Shown: piece after piece, positions 1-14,800 of the stretch
Layout of the letters: each line of letters begins with the position of its first letter
Numbering within the stretch: the stretch's first letter is position 1
Source of the DNA: Aplysia californica
Lineage: Eukaryota
Reading direction: 5' to 3'
Assembly (NCBI RefSeq): GCF_000002075.1
Contig: NW_004798045.1
Coordinates: 225,534 to 289,533, forward strand
Length of the DNA stretch: 64,000 nt
The notes under the pieces: generated by a model
What the model was told of the DNA's origin: nothing
Databases searched by the model: none
Seen by the model: the letters and a program-made list of their open reading frames with translations, nothing else
Made by a program: the position numbers and the translations under genes

Positions 1-74
1 AGTGGTTTTATAAAGTTTTTAGCTTTATATACAATGATTGGAATCAGTTCCTTAAAAAAACAAATTGTTGAAGT

Positions 75-790
75 TTTACTCCCTCATCAACACTATTTAG
101 ATCATTTTGGAGGCAGACTGCTTAGACACTGCCTATCAGGGACAGCCCAGGCTGAGAGGGATGCAAAGTCCCAGTAGAAAGACGGAGATGCTCGGTAAAA
201 ATTCTCACAATACAGGAATCAATCTCATTTCTCCGGCAAAGCACTTAACTGCTACTGGGGCTCTCATAGCCTAGAAGTTAGGTTGTTTGCCTCTCGTTCA
301 AAGGTCCATGAGGTTAGATTCTGGGGAGCGACGGTAAATGTTCTTCTCTAAAATTGTCTCCTTTCACATCCTTTCCTACTCTCTAGCAATGTTCTGTCGT
401 CTGCTTTCGTCTCCACTTTCTGCCCCCACCCCCTCACCTCCTTTGCCCCCTCCTCTGGGCTCCTGACTCCTTCTGCCGTCTTTCTACTGCTACTCCTTGG
501 CTCCTTCTTACTGCCCCTGATCTTATGGTAGGAAAGATGTACACCTAGCCTTCTCGGACAAGTGCGAAAAATCTCGGAGGTCCCATGTGCAAGTTGCGCA
601 CGTTAAAGATCCCTTGGTGGTTTAAAATCGATAAGAGTAAGCTACGGCCACCACCCAAGCAAAATCAAAATATCCTTTTTATGGAAAATGATTAATGTGT
701 CCTGCTTGTTCATATGACCTTATGCAGTTGCAAGCGCCGTAAAACACATTTAAAAAAAATAAATAAAAAAATAACTGCTACACCACAGAC
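75..790 (-). mobile_element. Older tRNA-derived SINE family C, interrupted by the family A copy
   Basis: similar to 4897-5080, 17620-17830, 32335-32490, 36755-36945. Confidence 0.6.
257..771 (+). mobile_element. tRNA-derived SINE family A, full length
   Basis: tRNA-like head, body shared with 4368-4894 and 14543-15056, A tail, TSD TAACTGCTAC (246-255 / 772-781). Confidence 0.85.
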
Positions 791-999
791 ACTAATTAAA
801 CCGAAACAGTTCTTGAGATCAAAATGCCGTTGTCCATAACATTTTTCAGTGAAAATATTCAAACAAAAATTTAAAAAATAGACCTAGAGACAGTAAAATA
901 AAAAAGTTTGAGCAAACGAGGAATTTACTATGAGAGTTTTTCAGAAGAAGGAAAACAGTACAATAGACTATCAACTTGACTTTTAGACTAAAGCCTGAG

Positions 1000-1312
1000 A
1001 AGTGTCTCAGACTCGCAACTGTAAGGTCGTGGGTTCAAAACCCGCCAGGGACCCAACGTTGTGTCCTTGGGAAAGGCACTTTACTCAAAATGTCCTCACT
1101 TCACCCAGGTGAGATTGAGTACCCAGTGAAAGATCGTGTCAGTTTGTTAGTGTTTGAGCGCTCAATCAGCTGCTTGTACTGTATGCTTCTCGGGAAGCTG
1201 AGAATGTTTATGAGTGTTCTATGGCCTGCTGGGGTAATAATATAGTGTAAAGTGCATAGAGCTTGCTGTAGAGCGGGGTTATGCGCTATGCAAATGCTTA
1301 TTATTATTATTT
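1000..1312 (+). mobile_element. SINE family B (tRNA head, CORE-like middle, (TTA)n tail), 5' eroded
   Basis: gtgtccttgggaaaggcactttac...cacccagg; matches 27549-27900. Confidence 0.8.
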
Positions 1313-1332
1313 AAGTCTACATTCCAACTTAC

Positions 1333-1435
1333 AACGCCAACCCTCTCCACATCAATCCAGCACTTGATGCCGTTGTCCTGCAGGAAATCCTTAATCTCAC
1401 GAGGATCACCAAAACCAACAGCTCCATCACTTGCC
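1333..1435 (-). CDS. Exon w52: ASDGAVGFGDPREIKDFLQDNGIKCWIDVERVGV, TIR2 (continues beyond window)
   Basis: LxxxGxxCWID motif; ttgcag / gtaagt. Confidence 0.9.
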
Positions 1436-2767
1436 CTGCAATCGAAGCAAAAATGCAAATTTAGGTACAATTTCATCATCAGCCAGTGCATTCTCTGCCA
1501 CCCTTTGCTTTTAACTTTATAACCCTGATTAGACGATGGGAGCGTCCAAAGAAACCCGCCCAGTCCCCAAAGTGGACGGTCCTAGTTTACAAAGGGTGGT
1601 TGCAGGGTACATGAAGCATTACTGCTAAATGCACTCTTTTACTAATCCAAATAAATCTATTTTGACTTGGAAGTGTTAGATAAATGTACAAACTAGAGCT
1701 ACTTCCTCTTTCATTCTGACACAGTCTTAGCCATTTTATGAATATTTTGCACATATCCCTTGTCACGTGTTTCACAAAATCTGGAAAAAATTCCGTCAAA
1801 ACGTGGAAAATAATTCCGGAATCAATGAGTTTAAAAAAAAAAAAGAACTGTGCCTTGCTATAAGTATACAGAACTGTTTTGATCATAAGCAGGAGCCCTT
1901 GACTTGGAACCTGACAGGGCAATGATATGACCTCAAGCGACATATACATATATGTTTTTTTTTAGAATCCATTTTTGCCTGTTCCTACATCCTCAGCTCA
2001 GTACCTCTCATTGCAATCAAAATGTAAGATGGAAGAAGGTGGCAGCCTGCTCTCTGATGTACATAAAGAAAACTAAGCCATGCCTTATCTTTTTTAGTTA
2101 GCTGTTTACAAATTATATAAAGGACTTTACTTCTCTCATCCCAAGTTTGCCATATATGTGAGTTGTGGGGGCAAAAAAAAAAGACCTATACACACTGGCA
2201 CGAAATGTAAACCTTCAAATGGCAGATCAGCACACAAGAAGATTCTTGTACAGGATACAAGTGTGCACGCACAAAATTAACTTTCATGCACTCTCACTTC
2301 CTTCTCTTCTGTCTCCTCCTTCTTTCCTCTCCTTTCCTCTTACTTTCAAACAGAAAGTAGTGCCATCAAAGTAACCTGTTTGGGTATGGTATTGACCTCA
2401 AACAAAATAATTAACTACCCAAGTTACCAGTTCAAGAAATAATATAACAGTACCTGGTGCCTCTTGCAACTGCATGTGCCGAGTTCTGCCAGCAGTAAGA
2501 AATGAAGCAGGGTGGAAATACTTTCTGCTTCCTTTTGTCTGTCTTCAAAGCATGTTTTTCTTTCAGCATGATCTCCAACTCTTCAAATTTGTGTGGGTAG
2601 CGACTCGCCTTCATCATGTTTATGAACACCTGAAAAAAAAGAATAATTACATTTATCATTAAGTACAGTCCTAGAAATTCAGTGCAATTAATGCTCCTTC
2701 AACATGAAGCTTCTGTAAGTTAAAAAAATAATCTTAATATGTGTTTGTGTGTGTGTTTGCATTTGTA

Positions 2768-2803
<36 letters not shown>

Positions 2804-5800
2804 GATGTGTGTTTGGTTGCGCGTGNNNNNNNNNNNNNNNNNNNNNNNNNNNNNNNNNNNNNNNNNNNNNNNNNNNNNNNNNNNNNNNNNNNNNNNNNNN
2901 NNNNNNNNNNNNNNNNNNNNNNNNNNNNNNNNNNNNNNNNNNNNNNNNNNNNNNNNNNNNNNNNNNNNNNNNNNNNNNNNNNNNNNNNNNNNNNTGCTCC
3001 AATGACCATCAGTCCAAGATGACCACCTGCACAAACGACAACTTCTCACTCCCCTTCCCTCTTCACATTAAAAAAAAATTAAAATGACCCTGTCCAAGAT
3101 GTCAACCTGTCTAAGACAACCTCTTTTCTCCTCAAACACACTCACACAAACACATAAACATATACATATATACACTCACACATCCACATTCAGACACACA
3201 GAAATACACTCGCACACATATACATATAAACACACTCACACAAATAAACACACACACTCACACAGGCACATAAAACACACTCAACTACACACACATTTCA
3301 GCCTCAAAACTCACCTCATCTGCCAAAAGGATTCCCATGTTACTTTTCTTCCAGTCTAAGTTATCGCCAATGGCAACAAGCAGCACTGGCTTCTTCAGGG
3401 TGATCCGAGCATACTTAAACAAGTTGCAGCAAGCCTCATCCAGGACAAAATTGTTGGACATAAACACCAGGAAGATCTTGGCGTCAAACAAGGCTTTGGC
3501 CATCTCATCGGTGGACTGGAGGTCTGATGCAGCCGGCATCCAGCTAGGGAAGATAACAGTAAAGTTGAGGTGAAGGGGATATGAAAAGAGGCAGTTTTCC
3601 AAATTGCTAAAATGTGTATAACAGCCTTGCTTATTAGTTTTTTAATTCTCCTGTAAAATGACAAAAACCAAGTTAGCCATTTAGAATCGTTCAACAATGA
3701 CATGTGTATTACAAAGAAATACTTCACTGGCACTTATTATAAAAAACAAAGGTACTTAGCTGTTATTTCAATATTCTGTGTGTATCCAGAATTAAGGTTG
3801 TGTAAGAAGGATTTATCATTAAAGATTAATTATTATGTATGAAAAGTCATTGCAGATATGACCCATGTTAAAGATTGCGATCCAGATAACCTTACACAGA
3901 TGTAAATTGTTAAACTAAAAAACGTAATGAGCGTTAAACAATCGCAGTTCTTCATAAGTTTGTCAATTTAAATGCTCCCGTTTTGAGAAATATCATTATA
4001 TATGAATTTTACTTCTAAGGACACAAGAAACAAAATTGAGGCAGCACAAAGCAAAGCCAAAACTTTGAGACTTGTTCCTTTTCAAGCCAATATCGGAAGC
4101 TGAACTATTCCAAAATAGTAAGCAAATAAAAAATGAAGTGAAGTGGAGAAAAATTCCTCTGCCTATGATGTAAACCATTTTAACCCATCACGAAAGGTAA
4201 CAGTAGCATAGTCAACATTATACTTGCCCTGAAAATCCTGGTAAGTAAAAGTAAAATTCCCCCCCCCCCCCCCCCACATACATTCACATGTTTAATCAAA
4301 AGGCAACACTTTCCACACAAGTCCTATTTTCAGTTTTCCCATCAGTTTTTACTCATCTAGCAACTGTTTGTTTTTTTTTTAGTAAGTGTTTTACAGCGCT
4401 CGCAACTGTATAAAGTCATATGAGCACACAAGACACATCAAACATTTTCAGTTGGTAGGAAATTTTGAATTTTGCCCTGGCGGCCACCGAAACCTACTCT
4501 TATCGATTTAAGACCACCAAGGGATCTTTAACGGGCGCAACTTGCACATGGAACCTCCAAGATTTTTTTGTCGTTGTCCACGAAGGCTAGGTCTAGATCT
4601 TTCCTACCAGAAGATCAGGGGTATGGCTGAAAGACAGCAGTAAGGAGGAGCCAAGGAGTAGCAGTAGAAAGGCTGCAGAAAAGAGAGGGAAGCCCAGAGA
4701 GGGAGCAAAGGGGGTGAAGGGGTACGGGCAGAAAGTGGAGACGAAAGCAGACGACAAAACATTGCTAGAGATCAGGAAAGAAGGTGAAAGGAGACAATTT
4801 TAGAGAAGAAAATTTTTCAATCGCTACCCGGATTCGAACCTGGGACCTTTGAATGAGAAGTGAACACCTTAACATCTAGGCCACGAGAGCCCCCTAGCAA
4901 CTGTGATATAGCCGTTAGTCACTTTGCACAACATATAGAAGACCTGACTTCCATTCCTGTGGGGAGAAGACTTTCATCAAGTATCTCAGTCTCTCTTTTG
5001 TGATGTTGTATCCTTCTCAGCCCAAGTTGGTCCACTTCCTTAGTCATCTAAATTGTGTTGATGGGGCATAAAAGAACTACATTATAAAAAAGAAAGTTTT
5101 AACTCATTGTCAGGGTAAAGACGAATTTGAACAGCTTCTCACCATCTGTATCCAATCTTTTCAACATCCTCAATAACTTTACTTGGCAATACTGTCTCGG
5201 TATGCTGAGGTACCATATCCTTGGCACAATAAGACACAAACACATCTGAAAGGAAAAAAAAAGCACAAGGCCGTTTTATGAATATCAGTATCACAAGCTT
5301 GATTTATTTTACCCACACTGTTTACATTTTAAAATGTTTCCTAATTTTAAAGATCAGAGAATCTCAAAAGAGGGAGAAGACTAACGAAGCTATCAATCTC
5401 AAAACAGAAGAATTTCGACTGTCTGACAACAGAAAACTGTATGGAAAAATGCCTATAACAATTGCTGAGACAATGAGTATTGACACAGTGAATGTTGGAA
5501 CCCTTCAAGAAAAAAACCCAACAGAAAACCAAAAGTCTCGTCAAGTCTTTGTTACTGCAGGCTCACACCCTTACTCTTTATCTCCTAAGGGGGCAAACCA
5601 ACTATGTCGGCAGCCCTCGGTACAAAATCTAAAATAGACACACGCATCACTAAATTGGTCAGTAAATCAAAATAAGTGAACCTATTTCAATAGTTCTTAA
5701 TCTAATGAATGAAATCCTAGTAAAAGAGACCTTTTGACGTCGAAGTCATCATAAAGGAATGTGCCTGAGCTGTTGTCAGCAGCCCACCAGCAGAGCGGTT

Positions 5801-8800
5801 CTCACCGCGAGTAGCTGAGAGCAGACTGCCAAAGAGAACGAGTTTATCTTGCAACACACGAGTTAACTCAATTTTCTGTTCGACAACTTTTTTCATTGTT
5901 GATTGAAGAATGTTTCCACAAAGAGTTCTACCATTTTCATCAAAACTGAGAGACTATTTAAGATTCAAAACGGAGAAATTGTTGAAACATCAACATTCAT
6001 CTGTGATTTCAGATTTTCCTGCTTCCTCCTGTCTAACCTACTTTTACCAAAAGCCAAGAGACCTGACATTTAAATTACCTCTTAGTATCTGGTAGGGAGG
6101 ACTACACACTAATAAAACCAATGATAAAGAGACAAATGTATTTTCTGAGACACTTGAATCAACATAAACGTCTTGAGCATCTTGCTCTCACTGGTAAAAT
6201 AAAAGGCAAATAAGGCAGGGGCAGACCCAGGGCAGCCAACCAGGAAAACCTTAACAGATGGGTGATGTGGAAAAGCTGAGATACTATAGGTTTCTTGAGA
6301 TCATCCGAGCAGAGAAATAAATGGTGAACCATGATCGCCGATGTCTGTTTCAGCTCTGGCATTTTATAATGGTGATGATCCAAGAAAAATAAATAAATGG
6401 CAAACCATGATAGTCAATGTCTATTTCAGATCAAACACTTTCCGATGATAAAGGTGTTAAACAAATCAAACCAGAAAAAAACTGCCAGTACATAACAAGC
6501 AATGAACAGACAGAAGACTGACCAGCAGCTACATCCTCCTGCAGTTCCTTCATGCCCTGGACAGCCTGCACAAGGTGAAGGTCAAAGTCCTGGTTGCTGT
6601 CAGGAGGCATGATGGCTGTAACCAACACAAAAAAGGAGAATGAAATATTCATGGAGTCAAAGACCATGCTCATGTTGAGACACATAACATTTTTTGGGGT
6701 CTGGTTGTTTGCTTTGTGTTTTTGCCATTTGTTTGGGGGTTGTATAGTTGGGGGTTGGGGGGGGGGGCGGGGGNNNNNNNNNNNNNNNNNNNNNNNNNNN
6801 NNNNNNNNNNNNNNNNNNNNNNNNNNNNNNNNNNNNNNNNNNNNNNNNNNNNNNNNNNNNNNNNNNNNNNNNNNNNNNNNNNNNNNNNNNNNNNNNNNNN
6901 NNNNNNNNNNNNNNNTCAGGGGTATGGCTGAAAGACAGCAGTAAGGAGGAGCCAAGGAGTAGCAGTAGAAAGGCTGCAAAAAAGTCATGAGGCCACATGG
7001 CAAAAAGGGGGGGGGGGGGGGCTGTATAACAAAAAGACTCAGGTCACAATGTCGGCCAAACAGCACAAACTGAAGACTACTTAAAAGATTAAGAAAATAC
7101 AGGACACAATAAACAATTTAGCATTAACTTTCAAAAACTAACTGAAATCTATCGCAAAACAATTTAGTGTTTCCTCAAAAGGTTCAATTCTTTAGCTATT
7201 TCATACTGAATTTTTATGGTAAATTGTGTCAGGAAACCTTCTCATCTCTTCTCCGCCATGTGAGCAAAGCTGTGGACCCCAGCTAGAGTGGAATAGCATT
7301 TCTTAGACAGAAATGTCAATCTGCAGATATTTCCCCAACTCTATACGAAACAGCGATCCTTCCCACTTTTACCACCTTGAAATAATTTGTTACAACTTGA
7401 ATTTGTCTTCTTACGTAAAGAAAAACAACTACAGTGTCTTGAACACTTGGCAACAGAGCTGGATTTTAATGAATAGCTGAAACCACTTACAAATTAAGAA
7501 GTCTTACCATTCTCATATGAATTTTTCTTTATTATCTGGTAAATGTTCTATATAAATCATGTGATTATGTACAGACATGGTAATCTAATATAAATATTCA
7601 CAAATTCATGACAGACCACAAGGTTATGGAAGAGGGAAGATGGGGTAAAGGACAAACAATTTATTTGATTCATAACTACAAAAACATAAGCCTACATTTC
7701 TGCTCGACTGAATTGTATAAGTTACTTCATAATTCTCCTAAACTTCTTTCAGCCACAAAGAAACTTTAGTAAAACATATGATTTTTTTAACCTATACACA
7801 TTTCTACTGGAAGATATGATTCTACTATCTTGTAAATCTTTAAATGAAATGGAAATAACCCCAAATTGTTACCATGTAAATTCCTTATGGAAATGGTGTG
7901 AAAGTTTTTCAGACACTGAAGGAAAGGGGCTTTCATCTCAGTCGCCCTCCTAATGATGGAGGCAGCAAACATGTGAGGTTCTTTCACTCCCTGGAGAATA
8001 AGAGAGACAAAAATAATAATAGATAGCATTTGTATAGCGCAAATCCCCGCTCAACAGCAAGCTCTGTGCGCTTCACAATCTATACTATTACCCCAGCAGA
8101 CCTGAGAGCATTCTGAAACAAACCTAATTTTCTGGGAAGCATACAGTGCAAGCAGCCATTTATAGGCGCTAAAGCACTAACATACTGACAAGATCTTTTG
8201 CTGTCTATGGCCGGGTACCCATTTCCACTTGGGTGAAGTGAGGAAAATTTGTGTAAAGTGCCTTTCCCAAGGACACAACGTCAGGCCCGTGGCTCGAACT
8301 CCCGATCCCGCAACCTCATGATTACGAGTCCGCTAGCCTAACCATCTCATTAAAAAGACAAAATTTAATGACAAAACAAAAGAAACATGACAACAACTGT
8401 CATCTTACAAAATGCATTTTTGAACACATCTTTTTTTTCCCTTTCATCCTATAAACACCCACTGTAATTTAATTATTATATTAAACTTTTCAGATATGCG
8501 TATGCAATTCCTGCAATCACTATAACATGTAGACAAAGACATTGAGAGGAAGAGGATACAGATGAAAATTGACACGTTATAAGGTGAAAAAAATTTTGTA
8601 CAGCAATATCACAAAAATCAAAGGGGATGACAAACAGCTTGAAAAGAGAACGAAATAACAAGCTCCTATGAATTAGCACAATGTTCTACGTATTTTGGTT
8701 GCACAAATGCTTTGAGTACCCATCTTCAGAAATCTTGATATAGACATATATATTCATAAACTTCCAGGAGCTGATTATGTGTCAGCAAATATGATAACAA

Positions 8801-11800
8801 CACAAAACCATTAACCGTAGTTGTCAGTTCATGATTACCACAAGTTCTAAGTATTATATATAACCACTGTTCAAGGGTTGAATATTACCATAGTTCAAGG
8901 ATTGAATATTACCAGAGTTCAAGTACTGAATATTGCAGTTCAAGGATTGAATATCACAGTTCAAGGATTGAATAAAAGGCCTACCACTGTTCAAGGGTTG
9001 AATAATAGGCCTACCACTGTTTAAGGATTGAAGATTACCAGAGTTCAAGGATTGAATATTACAACACTTAAAGGGTTGAGTGAGGACGGGTGATTTATAC
9101 TGATTGCATTTCAGCATACAATGGTACTCAGCAGCAAACATAACATGCCAGGCCCATACCAGTCTCATACAGTCAGGGCAGGGCATGAAGAAGTCATAGG
9201 TGATGCCTTGGAATGACTCCAGTATAAGCGTCTCAAAAACCTCATGCACCAGAAAGACAATATTCTCCGGGCGTGGTCCATGAGCCTTCACAGTCAACTC
9301 AGAGCCCCTGAAAAAAAGGGCATTAACATGATTTTTTATGTTGTACATATGAAAGTCTCTTTGTAATTGTCATGGATTTATGGGTGTTATTGAGCAATTT
9401 TGTTTATTCAACTAGAAATACATTTCTTACTACTTTTTCTAGCATTCTTTAAGACCTTCTAAAGAAGTCAATAACCTTGGTTATGAAACATCATGCACTC
9501 CTCTCAGAATTACAAAAGTAACTGTTCAGGTTTCAAAAGACCATCTCTTCAGAAAGAAAAGGTAAATTTAGCAGCATTGGCAGTGAAGAAGCTTACTAGC
9601 AGTAAGCTTTTAGAACACATTCCTAACAGAGATAAATATTATACGGTAAGTGAACATGAGTACCACATCACCAGTTGTAGAAATTCTTTACCTTTTCTTG
9701 AAAATGCTACAATGCATTTTAACAAAATAACACTCCATTGCATTTACAGAGGAATAAAATGTACATGCCTTTTTAATCAAAACTCTCACAATTCTAATGC
9801 AACAATTTATAGTATTTGTACCCCGTGAAACAGAAGGCTTATTTTACTTTTAAATAATCTACCCATATTTCTGTCATTCCATGTAAGTTCATGAATGCCC
9901 ATAAGTTATTTCTAATGAAACGAGTCAATGATGAATAATAATATGTGAAACTTCAAGTGCACACCTTGACTGATGAATAAGACAAACATGGGCATTCTTT
10001 CTCAGATATGATCCCCGCTTCCAGATAAGAGAACTATCACAGAACTGGTGCAGTCTGACCTGTAGGAATAAGTGAAGGAAAGAGAATCAAAGCTAAATCT
10101 GACAGTGAGCATAGCATAAACTAACCAAACAATTACCTTGGACTCCCTGCTAACATTGTAAACATTTCATGGTCACTGGTAGCACATTGCAGTTTCCAGT
10201 AATTCTCAAGCTTTGAAAGTGGCCATTTTCTCACTAATTTTATCCATGAAAGCAGGTGATCCCCACCTTCTTCAATCAAAAACATCTCAACTTCTATTCA
10301 AGGTAGATGAATTGTTTTTTTTCATTAAAAGCAAGACAAATAAACAAGTTTTAAGGTTATATCAATAACATCATATACCCAAAACTGACGAGTGCCTGAT
10401 TTTTCTGTGTTGTGACAAATATGACATCTGTAACTTCATTACAGCCACAGCTTCTTAACATAAACTTATTCAAATTTTCTGCACATACCTGACCCCTGTT
10501 GAAGAGACCTGCAGGTAAGTAGTCAAATTTGTACACAATTTTAGTTTCCTTGTTGTAGCCTCCTTTGTCCATCTCAGGCCATTCAAACTGTGAGAGAGAT
10601 AAGCGCACAACCATCACAATTCTCTTCAATTTCAAGAAGTAAAAATACGTGAACGTTGATATCTGTCTGAAAAACACGTTTTCTCCCCGAGCCTGATTAG
10701 CAAAATGCCGCTTTGCGTATTGAATATTTACTTTGTGCTCACACTATTGTTTATTGTGTTAGTTACCAGCTTACTCCACTACTGAAACATCCTAACATCC
10801 CCATGACAACAAAACTCAAAATGATCAACACCATATTTATCCCAACACTCACCTATCAATGCCAAACATAGACCACGAACAAGACATGAGAGCTAAGAAT
10901 TACAACATGTGAAATGCGATGTCTTAGAAAAGCAGTAAACAAGACCAGGCGAGACAAAATTAGAAACTTAGTAATCCGAGAAATGGTGGGCACAAATGAT
11001 GTCTTGCATCACATCCAACACCAAAGAATCAAATGGTACGGACATCTCCTCCGATTACCAACACACCATCCAGCACAACATGCCTACATTAAAAAAAATT
11101 TGATTGCAACAAGGCTAGAGGGCATCCGAGAAAGACCTGGATAGATAGAGTCAGGGAAACATTAACCGCCCACGGCATCCCCCTGACCCAAGCTCTCCGG
11201 CTGGCGACAGAGAGACGCCTCTTTCTTCCCGCGACACCCAAAAGAGTATAAGCGGCGGATAAAAGTAAAGTAAAGCTCAGACTATTGCAAGAAGAAAATA
11301 CAATGTGAATAATTTTTCAAACTGCTATACCTCTGGCTGCTTCTCAAGCAGCAAACATGGGACAAGGTTCACTTTTTCATTCTTCAGAGGGAAAGTCAGG
11401 TCAAATTCCTCTGTCAGCTTAAGAAGCCAGTTGTGCAGAGATGTGTCATAGTCTTTCCACACTTGCTTGATATCTGAGTGATTCAGGCGGCCTTCCTGTG
11501 TCAGGGAAAACAGAGAGAAATAACATAGACATCCCGATGAGAGTGTTTGCAAGTATCTGTGTATATGTATTTCTGCTTTTGTACATTATGTTTGTAGAAA
11601 AGTGTATGCCTTTGCTCAAAAGATCATTCGTTTAACCCATTCACTGCCAGGCCTGCTCCTCAATCCAATCAAAGAGCACAAGACATTCTCAGGCTTGAAA
11701 GTGAAGGGGTTAAACAAACTGAAAAAGAAGAGGTCGTTTTTACAGGTGATTATCTTGACCAGTCAGCTGTAAGAGAAAGTTCGACTGTTCAAAGTATCTT

Positions 11801-14800
11801 TGCAAACAAAGAGTGTCTAGAACAGGTGGCTGCTTGAGGAAGTTTGACTGTTCAAAGTATCTTTGCAAACAAAGAGTGGTTGACCAGTCAGCTGGAGACG
11901 ATGACCCAGTTGGTGTACCTTGATGTGAGAGTCCTTGACAGACACCACGCACGCCATCACATCGACGATCCACTGTGGGTTGATCACCACATGGGTCCGG
12001 AGTCCTGCGCTGGAGAAATGTTGCAGTGAGCCCAGCTCGTGGAGAAACTGGACAGCTTGCGCTACCTGGAAACGACCGAATGTTTTCAATTGTTTATAGA
12101 TTTAAAAATTGGGAACACACAGAAAATTGTGCGTGGGCATGTAGACACACACCCACATATACACATACATATACACACACGCGCACATGCCACACACACA
12201 CTAACACATACACATATACAAACGTATGCATGCACAAGCGCATACACATGCACATTCAAACATGCACCAACACAACATGTGCACATGCCCACACCTATCC
12301 CCCCCCCACACACACACATACACATATGCACACATGCACACGTGCACATACATGCACATTCAAACATGCACCAACACAACATGTGCACACACCAACACCC
12401 ATCCCCCCCCCCCCCCCACCCACACACACACACATGCATTCATACACTCACGCTCATGCGTGTTCACTTATTTCAAAATATCACTTTGAAACTTTAACAT
12501 AAGTTGAACTATGATTTTAAAAACTGTCTTGGTTACTGTATTCTATAGAGATTTACTTTACTCAGCACTTCTTAACCAAGTGAATGGTTCACCAAAGCAA
12601 AAATCAAATCAGTTTTCCAGATGAATGAAATATGAGAGGGGGGGGGGGGAGGATTAAAGGGAGAGATTCTAAGAGAAAAATCTCCTCAATTAAATAATTA
12701 AAATATTGCAAGAACACAAAATAGTAGAATGACCAAATTTAGAATAAAAGACCTTAAAATCAAACAGCAGACCTCTAAAATTGTTGCAGAATAAATCACA
12801 CAACCTATTCTTCCAAATCTCAAAATTAAACGTACTTCTGTGCTATCAAAGATTCCAGAACGATTGGCTCGTGTTTCCAGCTCTTTGTAAAGAATCACAC
12901 TTCTGTTTTGAATTCTGAAAAGCAAAGACAAAAACATTGGTTATTTCAGTTTGCCACATTCGCCCTCCCCCCCCCCCTCATTTATTGCTCTTATATGAAA
13001 ACATTGGGCTTCTGCACGGAGCAGGCAGACAAAAAAATGGTTTTCAAACATCAACCAACACAAAAAAGAGCAAAGAGAAAAACGGGGTGGGCTAAAAATA
13101 CTAACTGCATCTGCATGTCTTTTTCATAAAAATACATTAATAGTAAAATCTTGAAAGAACGTGGTACATGCATTGAAAGAGGAACATTTTGTATTTAAGT
13201 CACTGTTAAGAGTTAATTCTACTTTTACAATCTAAGAGAATCTTCTTGGCAGTGCTGTTCTCTGGTGGGCAGTGGAAAGCTTTAATCACACTGTTCAAGT
13301 TCTTTACCAATAATCAAATGAATGTGAAAGCACAACGTTATTATAACTTGATTCTTGCCAAGTACCTAGTTTTAAGAAATTTGACATGAAAGATTTTGAG
13401 TTTCACAACCCGTAAAGCTTTTACGAATGCAATTCTTTGAATATCTCTGTAATGACTCCGGATAATCGTACAATTTTGATAGAGCAGAAAGAACTTTTGG
13501 TTTCTTACCTCATGGTCTTAGGAACTCAAAACTGTCAAAAATGTCAGATGGGACTTTGCACTACTGAGGTAGCAAATTGTCAACAAGAAGATTTTCTCAT
13601 CTTCCAAGGGAAAATGGCTTGATAACATGACCATGTACAAAATCATGCATTTAAAGTTTTGCCCTAACACTTCTTGGCCGTTAGGGTAAAATCAAAGTGT
13701 TGTAGTCTGTTCCCGACTTTTTGGCCTTGCGCTGAGCTTAAAGCGAGAGTGATACTACATTAAGCTGATGAAGTTTCGGCTACAATTATATCTAGTGGAT
13801 GGCAATGTCCTCTTAACAAAAAAAAAGTGTTTGCCTTGACAACCCTATGCCAACAAGCACATTTTGTTTAGGGGGAATTCATTACCAAAAAATGATGTTA
13901 AAGCCAGAAAAAGAATGTTTCTGATTTTTGAGAAGATATAAGGTAGACTTTGGCAAAACTGAGATTAAGTACCAAAGAACAAGAACATAGAAAAGTTCTT
14001 AGAATTTTATACATTATCATTCTACTATGACAAGTTGTAGCAATTCACAATTGCTCACACACAACTGCGAAGAGATCCCAGGAAGGTTTCAGGCCAAGGG
14101 AAGTACTTCCAGGCCTTGGGCTGGTACAACACTACAACACATGTAACAAACACATGAGAGGAAAGATATACTGGCCATGCACTTGTATGATCCTTTTTTT
14201 TTTTTTATCAGAGAGCAATTGTGTGCAATATTTCTACAGACATCATTTCAAAAGAACAGTTCCAGTTCTAAAGTGAACTTGAACCATTAATCTGAGATTG
14301 CATACATTTGAGCTTCATACTAATAAGCTCTACGCAGAAGTATCTGGGTGCTACAGAGCTGATTTGCACATTTTTACATGTAATGTAAATGTCTAGGAAT
14401 TCAAGAAGATTCAGCACAAATTTTATCTTTCTTCTTTCAAAACACAAAAAGACACGAAAGCTTCCAAGGATAGCTTGAGAGCCCAGGAACATTATTTTAA
14501 GGTTGCAAACATAAAAGAAAGTTAACAACACTCTTACTGAAGTAGGTTCTTTTTTTTTTCAGTAAGCGTTTAACAACGCTCACAATTGCAAAAGGTCATA
14601 TGAGCGTGCGAGACACATTAAACATTTTCAGTAGGTAGGAAATTTTTAATTTAGCCTGAGTGCTGCCTAAGCCTACTCTTATCGATTTTGGACCACCAAG
14701 GGATCTTTAACGTGCGGAACTCGCACACGGGACCTCCGAGATTTTTCGCCCTTGTCCAAAAAGGCTAGGTGTAGATCTTTCCTATCAGAAGATCAGGGGT

